Assembly: GCA_017609885.1 (NCBI GenBank)
Contig: JAFCDB010000006.1
Span: 1-53,737, forward strand
Origin: Candidatus Pacearchaeota archaeon
GTDB taxonomy: Archaea; Nanobdellota; Nanobdellia; Pacearchaeales; GW2011-AR1
Direction of reading: 5' to 3'
Length of the DNA: 53,737 bases
The translations under genes were made by a program, and so were the position numbers. The notes below the pieces were generated by a model. It was not told where the DNA came from and did no database searches. It was given only the letters and a program-made list of their open reading frames with translations. Positions 7,178 to 16,128 of the stretch are shown here, piece by piece. Every line of letters begins with the position of its first letter. Within the stretch, counting starts at the first letter, position 1.

Positions 7178-7600
7178 ATGGGATTAATGAATGCTACTAA
7201 GTTGAAGAAAAGGCGAAGGCAGTTTCGGTGGAAAGACCGGAAATTTAAAGTGCGAACTCTGAATCTTTTTGCAAAGTCTGATCCTTTAAAGGGAGCGAGT
7301 CAGGCAAATGGGCTTGTTACTGAGAAAGTTCAAAAAGAAGCAAAGCAACCAAATTCTGCGATGCGAAAATGCTGCAAAGTTCAGCTGACGAAGAATTCAA
7401 AAGTTGTCACTGCATTTATCCCAGGAAATTTGGCACAGAAATTTATTGACGAACATGATGAAGTTATGATAGAGAGAATTGGCGGAAAACAGGGAAGAAC
7501 AAAAGGAGACATTCCAGGGGTTCGATATCAGGTTATAAAAGTAAATGATCAGCCATTAGCTATGTTAGTTAAGGGAAAGATCGAGAAGGGGCGAAGATGA
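7178..7600 (+). CDS. rps12: 30S ribosomal protein uS12 (archaeal S12 / eukaryotic S23 type)
   Basis: Motifs [21 protein letters not shown] and [14 protein letters not shown] are present. Confidence 0.95.
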   Translation: MGLMNATKLKKRRRQFRWKDRKFKVRTLNLFAKSDPLKGASQANGLVTEKVQKEAKQPNSAMRKCCKVQLTKNSKVVTAFIPGNLAQKFIDEHDEVMIERIGGKQGRTKGDIPGVRYQVIKVNDQPLAMLVKGKIEKGRR

Positions 7601-7758
7601 TACACTTGAGTGAGATTACAGGGCGAAGAAAAATTAAATTAAGAACATATGGAGAAATGGGTTTTTGTGGAGATCCAAAAAAAGATATTCATGAGTTTTA
7701 TGAAATGTGTGATGCTTATGAACATTATTTGGAGGAAGAAAATAAATGTCCTCGATAG
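7597..7758 (+). CDS. Possible 53-aa orphan ORF between rps12 and rps7, hand-called
   Basis: Its ATG overlaps the rps12 stop (GATGA). Translation is [53 protein letters not shown]. It overlaps the annotated rps7 start by 13 nt. Confidence 0.2.
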   Translation: MIHLSEITGRRKIKLRTYGEMGFCGDPKKDIHEFYEMCDAYEHYLEEENKCPR

Positions 7759-8510
7759 TAAAAGAAATTGTTGATGAGATTGAAGAATCTGCAGAAGAAG
7801 TTATTGAGAAAGTTGATGAAGCAGTTGGAAATATTCCCAAGAAAATCGAGGAAGCTGCAGAAGAAATTGAGGAGATTTTAGAAGAACAGGAGAAAGATGA
7901 AAAAAAAATTGAGAAGAAAAATGAAAAGAAAATCTTTGATTTGTACAATATTTCAGAAATTAAAATTGCAGATCCTGGTTTGAAAAATGTAATTAATTTA
8001 GATTACAAACTTGTTGTGAAATCACGGGGAAGAATAAGGGAAACTCACGGAAAAGCTCATGTAAATATAGTCGAAAGATTAGTAAATATTATTTCTGTTC
8101 CTGGGCATCGAGGGAAAAAACATAAGATAATTACAAAATGGGCGACTGGGAAATATAATAAAAATTTGAGGGTTGTGCTTGAGGCATTTAAAATTATTAG
8201 TGAGAAAACTGGGAAAAATCCTGTGCAGGTTTTGGTTGCTGCAATTGAAAATAGTGCTCCAAGAGATGAAATTACAATGATTCAATATGGCGGTGCAAGA
8301 TATCCGCAGGCAGTTGACTGCGCGCCGTTGAGAAGAATTAGTTTGGCTTTAAGAAATATTGTTCACGGCGCTTATGATAAAAGTTTTAGGTCAAAAAAGT
8401 CGCTTGCAAATGCATTAGCAGAAGAGATGATTGTGACAGCTGAGGGTGGAAACAGTTTGGCAACTACAAAAAAAACTGAGTTGGAAAAGCAGGCAGATGC
8501 TGCGAGATAA
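7746..8510 (+). CDS. rps7: 30S ribosomal protein uS7 with an N-terminal acidic extension of about 60 aa
   Basis: The core contains VERLVNIISVPGHRGKK, NPVQVLVAAIENSAPRDE and ARYPQAVDCAPLRR. The N-terminus is EIVDEIEESAEEVIEKVDEA...EEILEEQEKDEKK. Confidence 0.9.
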   Translation: MSSIVKEIVDEIEESAEEVIEKVDEAVGNIPKKIEEAAEEIEEILEEQEKDEKKIEKKNEKKIFDLYNISEIKIADPGLKNVINLDYKLVVKSRGRIRETHGKAHVNIVERLVNIISVPGHRGKKHKIITKWATGKYNKNLRVVLEAFKIISEKTGKNPVQVLVAAIENSAPRDEITMIQYGGARYPQAVDCAPLRRISLALRNIVHGAYDKSFRSKKSLANALAEEMIVTAEGGNSLATTKKTELEKQADAAR

Positions 8511-8511
8511 A

Positions 8512-8685
8512 ATGAAACAAAATACAAAACGAAACTTTATTTTTGGAGTATTTGTTGTTGGAGCTGGTTTACTTTTGCCTTCTCGGTGTGATTATGCTGT
8601 AGAAAGATTAGAAGAGATTTCCACTGAAAATAATGCGGGTAATTTTTATGAATTTGATGAAAGACCGAAAAGTGAGGAACTATAG
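8512..8685 (+). CDS. Possible small secreted or membrane protein (57 aa)
   Basis: The ATG lies 1 nt after the rps7 stop. The hydrophobic segment FIFGVFVVGAGLLLPSRC is present. Confidence 0.25.
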   Translation: MKQNTKRNFIFGVFVVGAGLLLPSRCDYAVERLEEISTENNAGNFYEFDERPKSEEL

Positions 8686-8695
8686 TTTACTAACA

Positions 8696-8712
8696 CCAAA
8701 CATTTTTAAATC
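8696..8712 (+). promoter_or_regulatory. BRE/TATA-like promoter box
   Basis: CCAAACATTTTTAAATC ends 20 nt upstream of the ATG at 8732. Confidence 0.35.
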
Positions 8713-8731
8713 AATTTTCTTAACTTATTAA

Positions 8732-8848
8732 ATGGAAAAAAATTATCATTGCGGGGAAAGGTGCGCAGGGACGGATTTTTACTGTAATGGTTTGGAAAGA
8801 GATTGCAAAGAATGTGAAATTTATGATTTGATAAGAGAGGAAGAGTAA
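8732..8848 (+). CDS. Possible Cys-rich mini-protein (38 aa), hand-called
   Basis: Translation is MEKNYHCGERCAGTDFYCNGLERDCKECEIYDLIREEE, with 6 Cys. The stop lies 1 nt before the EF-2 ATG. Confidence 0.25.
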   Translation: MEKNYHCGERCAGTDFYCNGLERDCKECEIYDLIREEE

Positions 8849-8849
8849 A

Positions 8850-11024
8850 ATGGCAGAAGAAAAAATAGAAAATTTAATGAGAAAGCAGAATAAGATTCGG
8901 AACATAGCAATTGCTGCGCACATTGACCATGGGAAGACAACTTTTTCTGATAATCTTTTGGCAGGTGCAGGAATGCTTTCAGAAGAAACTGCAGGAAAGC
9001 AACTTGCACTTGATTTTCACGAAGACGAATCTACAAGAGGAATTACAATTGATTCAGCTTCTGTTTCAATGATTCATGAAATTGAAGGAGAAACTTTTTT
9101 AATTAATTTAATTGATACTCCGGGGCATGTTGATTTTGGCGGTGATGTTACGAGGGCGATGAGAGCTGTTGATGGGTGTGTGGTTTTGTCGTGCGCTGTT
9201 GAGGGTGTGATGCCTCAGACAGAAACTGTTTTAAGACAGGCGCTGAAAGAATTAGTTAAACCGGTTTTGTTCATTAACAAAGTTGACCGTTTGATTAAGG
9301 AAGTTAAATTGACTCCTGAGGCAATGCAGGAGCGGTTTGTGAAAATTATAAATCATGTTAATCAGTTGATTAAGGAAATTGCTCCTGAAGAGTATAAAGA
9401 GAAGTGGCAGGTTAGTGTTGCAGATGGAAGTGTGGCTTTTGGAAGTGCGTTTAATAATTGGGCTCTGAGTTTTCCTTACATGAAGAAAAAAGGAATTACA
9501 TTTAAAGAAGTTATTGAAGCTTATCAAGGAACAGATGAGGAAATTGCAGAAAATGTTAAAGCCCTTGCAAAAAAAGCGCCGCTGCATGAGGTTGTTTTAG
9601 AAATGTCTGTTGAACATCATCCAAATCCAGTAGATGCACAAAAATACCGGATTCCAAAAATTTGGCACGGCGAAATTGATTCGCAGATTGGGAAGAATTT
9701 GATGGACTGTGATGCAAATGGAGAGCTTGCTTTTGTTCCAATAAAAATTGTCGTTGATAAACATGCAGGGGAAGTTGCAGCAGGCAGATTGTTTTCGGGG
9801 ATTATTAAGCAGGGGGATGAAGTTCATTTAAACTTAGCAAAGATAAATACTCGTGTTCAACAGGTTTCAGTTTACAAAGGAGCGCAGAGAGTTATTGTTG
9901 ACGAGGTTTTAGCAGGGAATATTGTTGGAGTTGTGGGATTGAGAGATGTTGTTGCAGGTGAAACAGTTAGCAAAAATCCTATGGAGCCGTTTGAAGCAAT
10001 TACTCATTTGTTTGAACCGGTTGTTACAAAATCAATTGAGCCGTTGAAATCTGTGGACCTTCCGAAGCTTGTTGATGTTTTGAGACAGGTTGGGAAAGAA
10101 GACCCGAGTTTGAAAATTGAAATTAATGAGCAGACAGGAGAGAGTTTGATGTCTGGAATGGGAGAATTGCATTTGGAGATCATTGAAAATAGAATTAAAT
10201 CAGAGAAGGGACTTGAAGTTAAAACTTCACAGCCGATTATTGTTTATCGGGAGACTGTTGCAAGAGTGTCAAATGTGCAAGAAGGGCGTTCTCCAAATAA
10301 GCACAATAGTTTTTTCATCATGGTTGAGCCACTGGAAGATGAAATTTATGATGCGATTATATCTGGGGAGTTGCCTGAGAGAAGAATGAAAAAGAAAAAC
10401 GAGGATGTTGCAAATACCTTGAGGAATCTCGGATGGGATGGCGGTACAATTAGGAATGTTCGAGATATTTTCAAGGGAAATATTTTTTTAGATGAGACAA
10501 GAGGAGAGGTTCACATGGGAGAAGTTATAGATATGGTTTTAGAGAGTTTTGAGAATGTTATGAAGGCAGGGCCACTTGCAAGAGAGCCGTGCACAAAGAT
10601 GAAGGTTTCATTGATAGATATTAAACTCCATGAAGATGCGATTCATCGGGGGCCTGCGCAGGTTTATCCAGCTGTTCGGGATGCGATTTCTGCAGCGATG
10701 AGAAATTCTATGATTTCTTTGCTTGAGCCATTGCAGACACATATTATTGAAGCGCCGAATCAATTTATGACTGCAGTTACAAAACTTGTTTCTACAAAAA
10801 GAGGGCAGTTGTTGAATGTTGACAAGGATGAAGCAGGAGTTACAATTCGAGCTAAACTTCCTGTTGCAGAGATGATGGGGTGGAGTTCTGATTTACGATC
10901 GGCGACTGAAGGGCGCGGGGTTTCATCATTAGCTGATCAGAATTTTGAAAAAATGCCGGTTGAATTACAGGAGGGTGTTGTTAGGAAGATTAGGGGGAGG
11001 AAAGGACTTGCAGAAAACCAGTAG
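8850..11024 (+). CDS. fusA: Translation elongation factor aEF-2
   Basis: Motifs AHIDHGKTT, DTPGHVDF and NKVDR are present. The diphthamide-site context is HEDAIHRGPAQ. Confidence 0.97.
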   Translation: MAEEKIENLMRKQNKIRNIAIAAHIDHGKTTFSDNLLAGAGMLSEETAGKQLALDFHEDESTRGITIDSASVSMIHEIEGETFLINLIDTPGHVDFGGDVTRAMRAVDGCVVLSCAVEGVMPQTETVLRQALKELVKPVLFINKVDRLIKEVKLTPEAMQERFVKIINHVNQLIKEIAPEEYKEKWQVSVADGSVAFGSAFNNWALSFPYMKKKGITFKEVIEAYQGTDEEIAENVKALAKKAPLHEVVLEMSVEHHPNPVDAQKYRIPKIWHGEIDSQIGKNLMDCDANGELAFVPIKIVVDKHAGEVAAGRLFSGIIKQGDEVHLNLAKINTRVQQVSVYKGAQRVIVDEVLAGNIVGVVGLRDVVAGETVSKNPMEPFEAITHLFEPVVTKSIEPLKSVDLPKLVDVLRQVGKEDPSLKIEINEQTGESLMSGMGELHLEIIENRIKSEKGLEVKTSQPIIVYRETVARVSNVQEGRSPNKHNSFFIMVEPLEDEIYDAIISGELPERRMKKKNEDVANTLRNLGWDGGTIRNVRDIFKGNIFLDETRGEVHMGEVIDMVLESFENVMKAGPLAREPCTKMKVSLIDIKLHEDAIHRGPAQVYPAVRDAISAAMRNSMISLLEPLQTHIIEAPNQFMTAVTKLVSTKRGQLLNVDKDEAGVTIRAKLPVAEMMGWSSDLRSATEGRGVSSLADQNFEKMPVELQEGVVRKIRGRKGLAENQ

Positions 11025-11033
11025 CAAGTCCTG

Positions 11034-11056
11034 CTGCAAAATCAAAGATTTTGCAG
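11034..11056 (+). terminator. Perfect 10-bp stem / 3-nt loop hairpin just after the EF-2 stop
   Basis: The sequence is CTGCAAAATC-AAA-GATTTTGCAG. Its function is uncertain, because archaeal termination relies mainly on T-tracts. Confidence 0.25.
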
Positions 11057-11090
11057 GAAGGGGTTGGTGGGGAATCAATAACTTTATCAC

Positions 11091-11108
11091 ATAAATATTT
11101 TTAAAAGC
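11091..11108 (+). promoter_or_regulatory. BRE/TATA-like promoter box
   Basis: ATAAATATTTTTAAAAGC ends 18 nt before the ATG at 11126. Confidence 0.35.
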
Positions 11109-11125
11109 AGATTCCATAAAAAATT

Positions 11126-11524
11126 ATGGATTTCAAAACTATAGAAAAATATTTTAATTTAAATCAAGTTTTATATGCAGAAAAGAAAATTGCTCAATCT
11201 AAAGCTTTTGGCGAACTTTTAAATTTAGCAATTAATGCTTTATATTCTGCGCAGCCTTCTGGAAATGAAAATTATGAAGAAGAAAAATTATGCAGACCAT
11301 TTTTATATAGAGGAGAAAAAACTGATGTGGATTTTAAACATGATGCAATTATAAGATATAATCAAGGGGCTAAACAAGATATACCTATAGTTTTAATTAA
11401 TGCTGAAAGAAGAATTTGGCACAAGATATCTCCTTACTGGGAGGAAGCACCAAAAATTCTCCAGAAAGACACAGAAGAAATTATGAAAATGTTAACATTG
11501 GAGGAGCGAGATTTTATTTCTTAG
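11126..11524 (+). CDS. Hypothetical protein (orphan) inserted between EF-2 and EF-1alpha
   Basis: 132-aa ORF with its own promoter-like box. No recognisable motif. Confidence 0.5.
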   Translation: MDFKTIEKYFNLNQVLYAEKKIAQSKAFGELLNLAINALYSAQPSGNENYEEEKLCRPFLYRGEKTDVDFKHDAIIRYNQGAKQDIPIVLINAERRIWHKISPYWEEAPKILQKDTEEIMKMLTLEERDFIS

Positions 11525-11558
11525 AAATATATTTAAACTAAAAATTATTAACATTATT

Positions 11559-11753
11559 ATGTACAATATAAATTTCCTCCCTCAAATGAAAAAATTTAGA
11601 GAACAGCTTTTTGGAGCAGGAGTTAATCCCCGAGATGTTGAATTAAATCATAGTTATTGTCCTCCAGCAGAATTGGAAATGCTTGAATGTGTGGAAGATA
11701 CAAACGGGGAATGGGTGCCTCGGGAAAGTTTTGAAAATTCCGCGAATCACTAA
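11559..11753 (+). CDS. Hypothetical small protein
   Basis: 64-aa ORF with its own TATA-like box, AATATATTTAAACT, about 25 nt upstream. Confidence 0.4.
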   Translation: MYNINFLPQMKKFREQLFGAGVNPRDVELNHSYCPPAELEMLECVEDTNGEWVPRESFENSANH

Positions 11754-11790
11754 CCAAAACATTTAAATACACTACTTCTTAGTGAGAATT

Positions 11791-11985
11791 ATGAAAAAAG
11801 TATTGGAAAGTAAATTAAGTGGAAAATGCCCGGCTTGTGACGAGCAGGTTGATTTTGATTATATTGGGGAACAAGATCATCCAAGAGGATACACTGTTTC
11901 TCTTTATCACTGTCCTAGTTGTGGAAGTACACGTGAAGAACAATCAATTAGGGATTATAATTCCGTCAAAAATAAAACCTCATAG
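11791..11985 (+). CDS. Small zinc-ribbon protein
   Basis: CPACDEQ...(x26)...CPSCGS forms a 4-Cys ribbon. ATG 11791 is preferred over GTG 11782. AAAACATTTAAATAC lies upstream. Confidence 0.45.
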   Translation: MKKVLESKLSGKCPACDEQVDFDYIGEQDHPRGYTVSLYHCPSCGSTREEQSIRDYNSVKNKTS

Positions 11986-12000
11986 AAAAGTTTTTAAACC
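11985..12000 (+). promoter_or_regulatory. BRE/TATA-like promoter box upstream of EF-1alpha
   Basis: GAAAAGTTTTTAAACC ends 29 nt before the ATG at 12029. Confidence 0.4.
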
Positions 12001-12028
12001 TAAATTTTTATAAAACTATACAAACAAA

Positions 12029-13318
12029 ATGGCAAAAGAAAAAACATTAATTAACATTGTCTTCGTAGGACATGTTGATGCTGGAAAATCAACAACAATC
12101 GGAAGATTGATGTATGATACTGGTAAGCTTCCTGAGCAGGAAATGAAGAAACTTAAAGAGGAAGCTGAGAAACAGGGAAAGGCAGGTTTTGAGTTTGCTT
12201 ATGTTATGGATAAGTTTAAGGAAGAGAGGGAGAGGGGAGTTACAATTGACCTTTCATATCAGAAACTGGTTACTCAGAAATTTGAAGTTACAATTATTGA
12301 CGCGCCAGGGCACAAGGATTTTGTTAAGAACATGATTACAGGAGCTTCACAGGCAGACGCTGCATTCTTAGTTGTTGCAGCAAAATCAGGAGTTCAGCCA
12401 CAGACAAAAGAACATCTTTGGCTTTTGAAAACAATGGGTGTAACTCAATTAATGGTTCTTGTAAATAAAATGGATGAAGTTGAATTTAAGGAAGAAAGTT
12501 ACACCAAAGTTAAAGAAGACGTTTCTGCGTTATTAACAAGTGTCGGTTACCCTATTGATAAAGTTACTTTCCTTGCATCAAGTGCATTAAAAGGAGATAA
12601 TATTGTTAAGAAATCTGAGAACATGTCTTGGTACAAGGGGCCGACTGTTTTAGAGCAGTTTGATTTGTTTTCAGCTCCGGAAAAACCAACTAATTTGCCA
12701 ATGAGAATGCCAATTCAGGATGTTTATGAAATTACAGGAATTGGAACTGTTCCAGTTGGAAAAATTGAAACAGGAGTTATGAAGATTGGACAGAAGATTA
12801 TAGTTTTGCCTGGAAGAAGTGGGAAAGGTGTTGAAGGAGAAGTTAGAAGTATTGAAATGCACCATGAACAACTTAAAGAAGCTGAAGCAGGAGATAATGT
12901 TGGAATTAATCTTAGAGGTTTAGGCAAAAAGGATATGGCAAGGGGAGATGTGATTTGCGACTCCGCACAACCTGCAACAATTGCAGAAGAGTTTGTAGCG
13001 AAGATTGCAGTTATCGACCACCCAACTGTTATTGCAAAAGGTTACACGCCAGTTTTCCATGTTCACACAGGACAAGTTCCATGCCAAATCACAGAAATTG
13101 TTGAGAAATATGATCCAAAAACAGGGGGAGTTGCAGAAGAAAATCCCGACTTTTTGAAAAACGGAGATGTTGCAAAAGTTAAAATCAAGCCAATGGGAAA
13201 TCTTGTAATTGAAAAGCAAGGAGACAACCCACACATGGCAAGATTTGCAATCAGGGACGCTGGACAGACAGTTGCAGCAGGAGTTTGTATTGAACTTACT
13301 CCAAAAAAATTAGAGTAA
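12029..13318 (+). CDS. tuf: Translation elongation factor aEF-1alpha
   Basis: Motifs [17 protein letters not shown] and NKMD are present, and the full 429-aa length is typical of the family. Confidence 0.97.
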   Translation: MAKEKTLINIVFVGHVDAGKSTTIGRLMYDTGKLPEQEMKKLKEEAEKQGKAGFEFAYVMDKFKEERERGVTIDLSYQKLVTQKFEVTIIDAPGHKDFVKNMITGASQADAAFLVVAAKSGVQPQTKEHLWLLKTMGVTQLMVLVNKMDEVEFKEESYTKVKEDVSALLTSVGYPIDKVTFLASSALKGDNIVKKSENMSWYKGPTVLEQFDLFSAPEKPTNLPMRMPIQDVYEITGIGTVPVGKIETGVMKIGQKIIVLPGRSGKGVEGEVRSIEMHHEQLKEAEAGDNVGINLRGLGKKDMARGDVICDSAQPATIAEEFVAKIAVIDHPTVIAKGYTPVFHVHTGQVPCQITEIVEKYDPKTGGVAEENPDFLKNGDVAKVKIKPMGNLVIEKQGDNPHMARFAIRDAGQTVAAGVCIELTPKKLE

Positions 13319-13334
13319 AATTCTAAATTTTAAA

Positions 13335-13469
13335 ATGAACGAATATAGAGATTTATACCAAGAGTTTGTAGAAGAATTTAGTAGAAATATCCATAGAAAA
13401 CATGATGAAGGAATTCACGACTTTTTAAGTTATAAATCTCACGAACATATAGAGGATTATGAATGTTAA
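13335..13469 (+). CDS. Possible 44-aa orphan ORF, hand-called
   Basis: Translation is MNEYRDLYQEFVEEFSRNIHRKHDEGIHDFLSYKSHEHIEDYEC. It occupies the position where rps10 usually follows tuf. Confidence 0.2.
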   Translation: MNEYRDLYQEFVEEFSRNIHRKHDEGIHDFLSYKSHEHIEDYEC

Positions 13470-13470
13470 A

Positions 13471-13605
13471 ATGGGCGATTATGAAACACAAGAAACTGAA
13501 AAACCAAATTATCTTTGTGTTGAAACTTATGGAAATGAAGTTTTTAAAAAATGCGTTTATGCAAGCGATATTCTAAGAAAATCTGGAGAAGAAAGATATT
13601 CTTAA
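13471..13605 (+). CDS. Possible 44-aa orphan ORF, hand-called
   Basis: Translation is MGDYETQETEKPNYLCVETYGNEVFKKCVYASDILRKSGEERYS. It starts 1 nt after the previous stop. Confidence 0.2.
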   Translation: MGDYETQETEKPNYLCVETYGNEVFKKCVYASDILRKSGEERYS

Positions 13606-13668
13606 GTATAGAAATTCTTAAATATTTATCACCACAATTCTTAAATAATTCTCCGAACAAATAGTTCC

Positions 13669-14244
13669 ATGCTCAAAGAAAAAAAACATCTCAGCAAAAC
13701 AGAAATTGAAGAATCAATTAAAGGAAAGGATGATTTTGTGAAGATAAATTATTTGCAGAGGTTTCTTGAAAAAGCTGATAATCTTGAAATTAAAAAATTT
13801 ATTTTACTGAATTTGGCTGGGATTAATGAGTCAAAAGCGATGTTTCGCGAGGCGATAAAAAATGTTTCAGCAGCTGCAGAAATTTCTATAACTTATCGTG
13901 AGAAAATTGAATTTTATATGAAGGAGACAGAGATTTGGATAAAGCTTTTGGATTTTGATAGGGCTGAAAAGGCATTTAAGAAAGCGCAGTTTTATGGAAA
14001 CAGCCAGGAAAGAATTGAACTGCAGAAAAAATATCTCGAAGTTTTTAGAATGCAGGCAAGTATTTTTGAGAATAATAATAAGACGCGGAATGCACTGAGT
14101 GTTTATGAAAGGTTGCTTTCTTTGGTTCAAAGAGATAATTCAAGGAAGATGGAAGTTGAGGGGAAACTGATTGAGTTATATGAGAAGCTTGGGAGGATGA
14201 AGGAGGCAGGGGGATTAAGGAAAATGGTTGGGAAGAATTTTTGA
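13669..14244 (+). CDS. Hypothetical, probably helical-repeat (TPR-like) protein
   Basis: 191-aa ORF with a helix-rich, A/K/E/L composition. The assignment is weak. Confidence 0.5.
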   Translation: MLKEKKHLSKTEIEESIKGKDDFVKINYLQRFLEKADNLEIKKFILLNLAGINESKAMFREAIKNVSAAAEISITYREKIEFYMKETEIWIKLLDFDRAEKAFKKAQFYGNSQERIELQKKYLEVFRMQASIFENNNKTRNALSVYERLLSLVQRDNSRKMEVEGKLIELYEKLGRMKEAGGLRKMVGKNF

Positions 14245-14564
14245 AGATGACGACAAGAATTTTTGTTGGAATGTTTAAAGAGGGGAAGGAAAAAAGGCAG
14301 GGCTATGTTTGGGCTTTGGAGGGAGGTTATGATCATAGACATTATATTTTTTCTTCTGAGGAATCTGAGAGATTGTTAGATAGACATGAAACATGTGCGA
14401 GAGAAATTGCGAAAGAGATGATTGGAAAAAATTTTAGGAATTTTGAGATTGTTAATGGGAAAGTTTTTGATTATTCAATGGAGGAATATGTTGATTGTGA
14501 AGAAATGGGGGAGGAGGATTTAGAAATTTTTAGAAAGGGGTTGGAGGGAGCGTTGGGGAGATAA
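14241..14564 (+). CDS. Hypothetical protein
   Basis: 107-aa ORF that overlaps the upstream gene by 4 nt (ATGA-type coupling). Confidence 0.5.
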   Translation: MKMTTRIFVGMFKEGKEKRQGYVWALEGGYDHRHYIFSSEESERLLDRHETCAREIAKEMIGKNFRNFEIVNGKVFDYSMEEYVDCEEMGEEDLEIFRKGLEGALGR

Positions 14565-14578
14565 AGTTAAAAATACAT

Positions 14579-14726
14579 GCAGTATCTCCGATGAATTTTT
14601 GTCATTTTGAAATTCCAAATTTCTCCTCAATTCTCCTTCGTCGAAAACCCGTCCTTGCAACCTCTCTTCACTCTCCCCCCAACTCTTGGGAATTCCAAAA
14701 TCATTTATAACTACCGGAGATACTGC
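14579..14726. repeat. Palindrome-bounded 148-bp intergenic element (family C, single copy in the window)
   Basis: Perfect 12-bp terminal inverted repeats, GCAGTATCTCCG (14579-14590) and CGGAGATACTGC (14715-14726), flank a C/T-rich interior. Confidence 0.45.
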
Positions 14727-14888
14727 CGCTCCCGAAAACTTTTTAAACCTTCTCTATCTAGATAAATTATTAGAAATATTGGATAAATATTATTATTATT
14801 ACATCATATTCAAGATTTTATTAATCTAAGTAGAAGCAAGTAGTATTGCAATATTTCTAGTATAAATTAAATTAAGCACGGAGGAAAA

Positions 14889-16034
14889 ATGGCAAAAATA
14901 AGTCCAGTATCAATAAAATACAAGATACATGCGAGATTTGAAGCAGTTGGCCCAGTTGAAAAGCCAGATGTAATCGGAGCTCTGTTTGGGCAGACAGAAG
15001 GTTTGCTTGGAAATGACTTGGAAATCAGAGAGTTGCAGAAATCAGGGAAAATTGGAAGAATAGAAGTTGAAACAGAGAGCAGGGACAGGAAAACAATTGG
15101 AAAAATTCAGATTCCGACTGCACTTGACCAAAGCGAAACAAGTTTAATTGCAGCAGCAATAGAAACAATTGATAGGGTTGGACCTACAGAAGCAAAAATT
15201 ACTGTTGAAAAAATTGAAGATGTTAGAGGTAACAAAAGAGATTTTATTATTGAAAGAGCTAAGAAATTACTTGAAGGAATTGAGGGCTCGCAAAGTTCAA
15301 GAGAAATTTCAGATACTTTGAAAACAGCTTCTCGTGCATCAAAAATTCAAGAGTGGGGAGAAGAAAAACTTCCAGCAGGTAATTTATCTGGAGACGAGAT
15401 AATTGTTGTTGAAGGAAGAGCAGATGTTATTAATCTTTTAGAGAACAGGGTTGACAATGTTGTATGTATGAATGGAACAAAACTTCCAAAATCGGTTGTT
15501 GAATTGAGCAAGAATAAAAAGATAACTCTTTTTCTTGACGGTGACAGAGGCGGAAAACTGATTGGGAAAAATGTAATTGAAAATGCAAATGTGGAATTTG
15601 TTGCATTTGCACCTGATGGAAAAGAAGTTGAAGAGTTGAACAGCAAAGAAATTTTAACTAGTTTAAGAAAGAAAATTCCTGCGAAGGAATTTTCTTCTTA
15701 TTCTTTTTTTAGTCGCGAAGAAGAGAGTTTAGGAAAAAAACTAGAAAGGAGTTCAAACGAGATTGATAGAGAAAAGTTGAAAGAAGCTTTGAAAGAAGTT
15801 GATGGTTCGAAAAAGGTTTTTATATTTGATGGAGATTTGAAGACTTTAAAGAAGGTGGCTGTTGGAAGAGCAGGAGTGGTGATTGAGAGTGAGAAAAATG
15901 CAAAAGTGGTGGCTGTTGATGGAAAAGCTATGACTTCTATTGTTCGGGCGGCGGAGAAAGTTGGTGTTAAAATAATTGCTGCGAAGAATTTTGTTGGGGA
16001 TTCTGGCGAGGGAATTGAGTTTGTTAGTTTTTAG
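14889..16034 (+). CDS. dnaG: Archaeal DnaG-type primase (Toprim; exosome-associated DnaG)
   Basis: The N-terminus is KYKIHARFEAVGPVEKPDVIGALFGQTEGLLG. The Toprim domain shows VVEGRADVINL and LFLDGDRGG. Confidence 0.9.
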   Translation: MAKISPVSIKYKIHARFEAVGPVEKPDVIGALFGQTEGLLGNDLEIRELQKSGKIGRIEVETESRDRKTIGKIQIPTALDQSETSLIAAAIETIDRVGPTEAKITVEKIEDVRGNKRDFIIERAKKLLEGIEGSQSSREISDTLKTASRASKIQEWGEEKLPAGNLSGDEIIVVEGRADVINLLENRVDNVVCMNGTKLPKSVVELSKNKKITLFLDGDRGGKLIGKNVIENANVEFVAFAPDGKEVEELNSKEILTSLRKKIPAKEFSSYSFFSREEESLGKKLERSSNEIDREKLKEALKEVDGSKKVFIFDGDLKTLKKVAVGRAGVVIESEKNAKVVAVDGKAMTSIVRAAEKVGVKIIAAKNFVGDSGEGIEFVSF

Positions 16035-16128
16035 GGGAAGCAAGTAAAACCTATTCAGATACTGTCTACTTAAAGGGATAGATATATAAATTGTATTTAT
16101 TTCCCTTCTGTAAAGGAGGTGAAATAAT

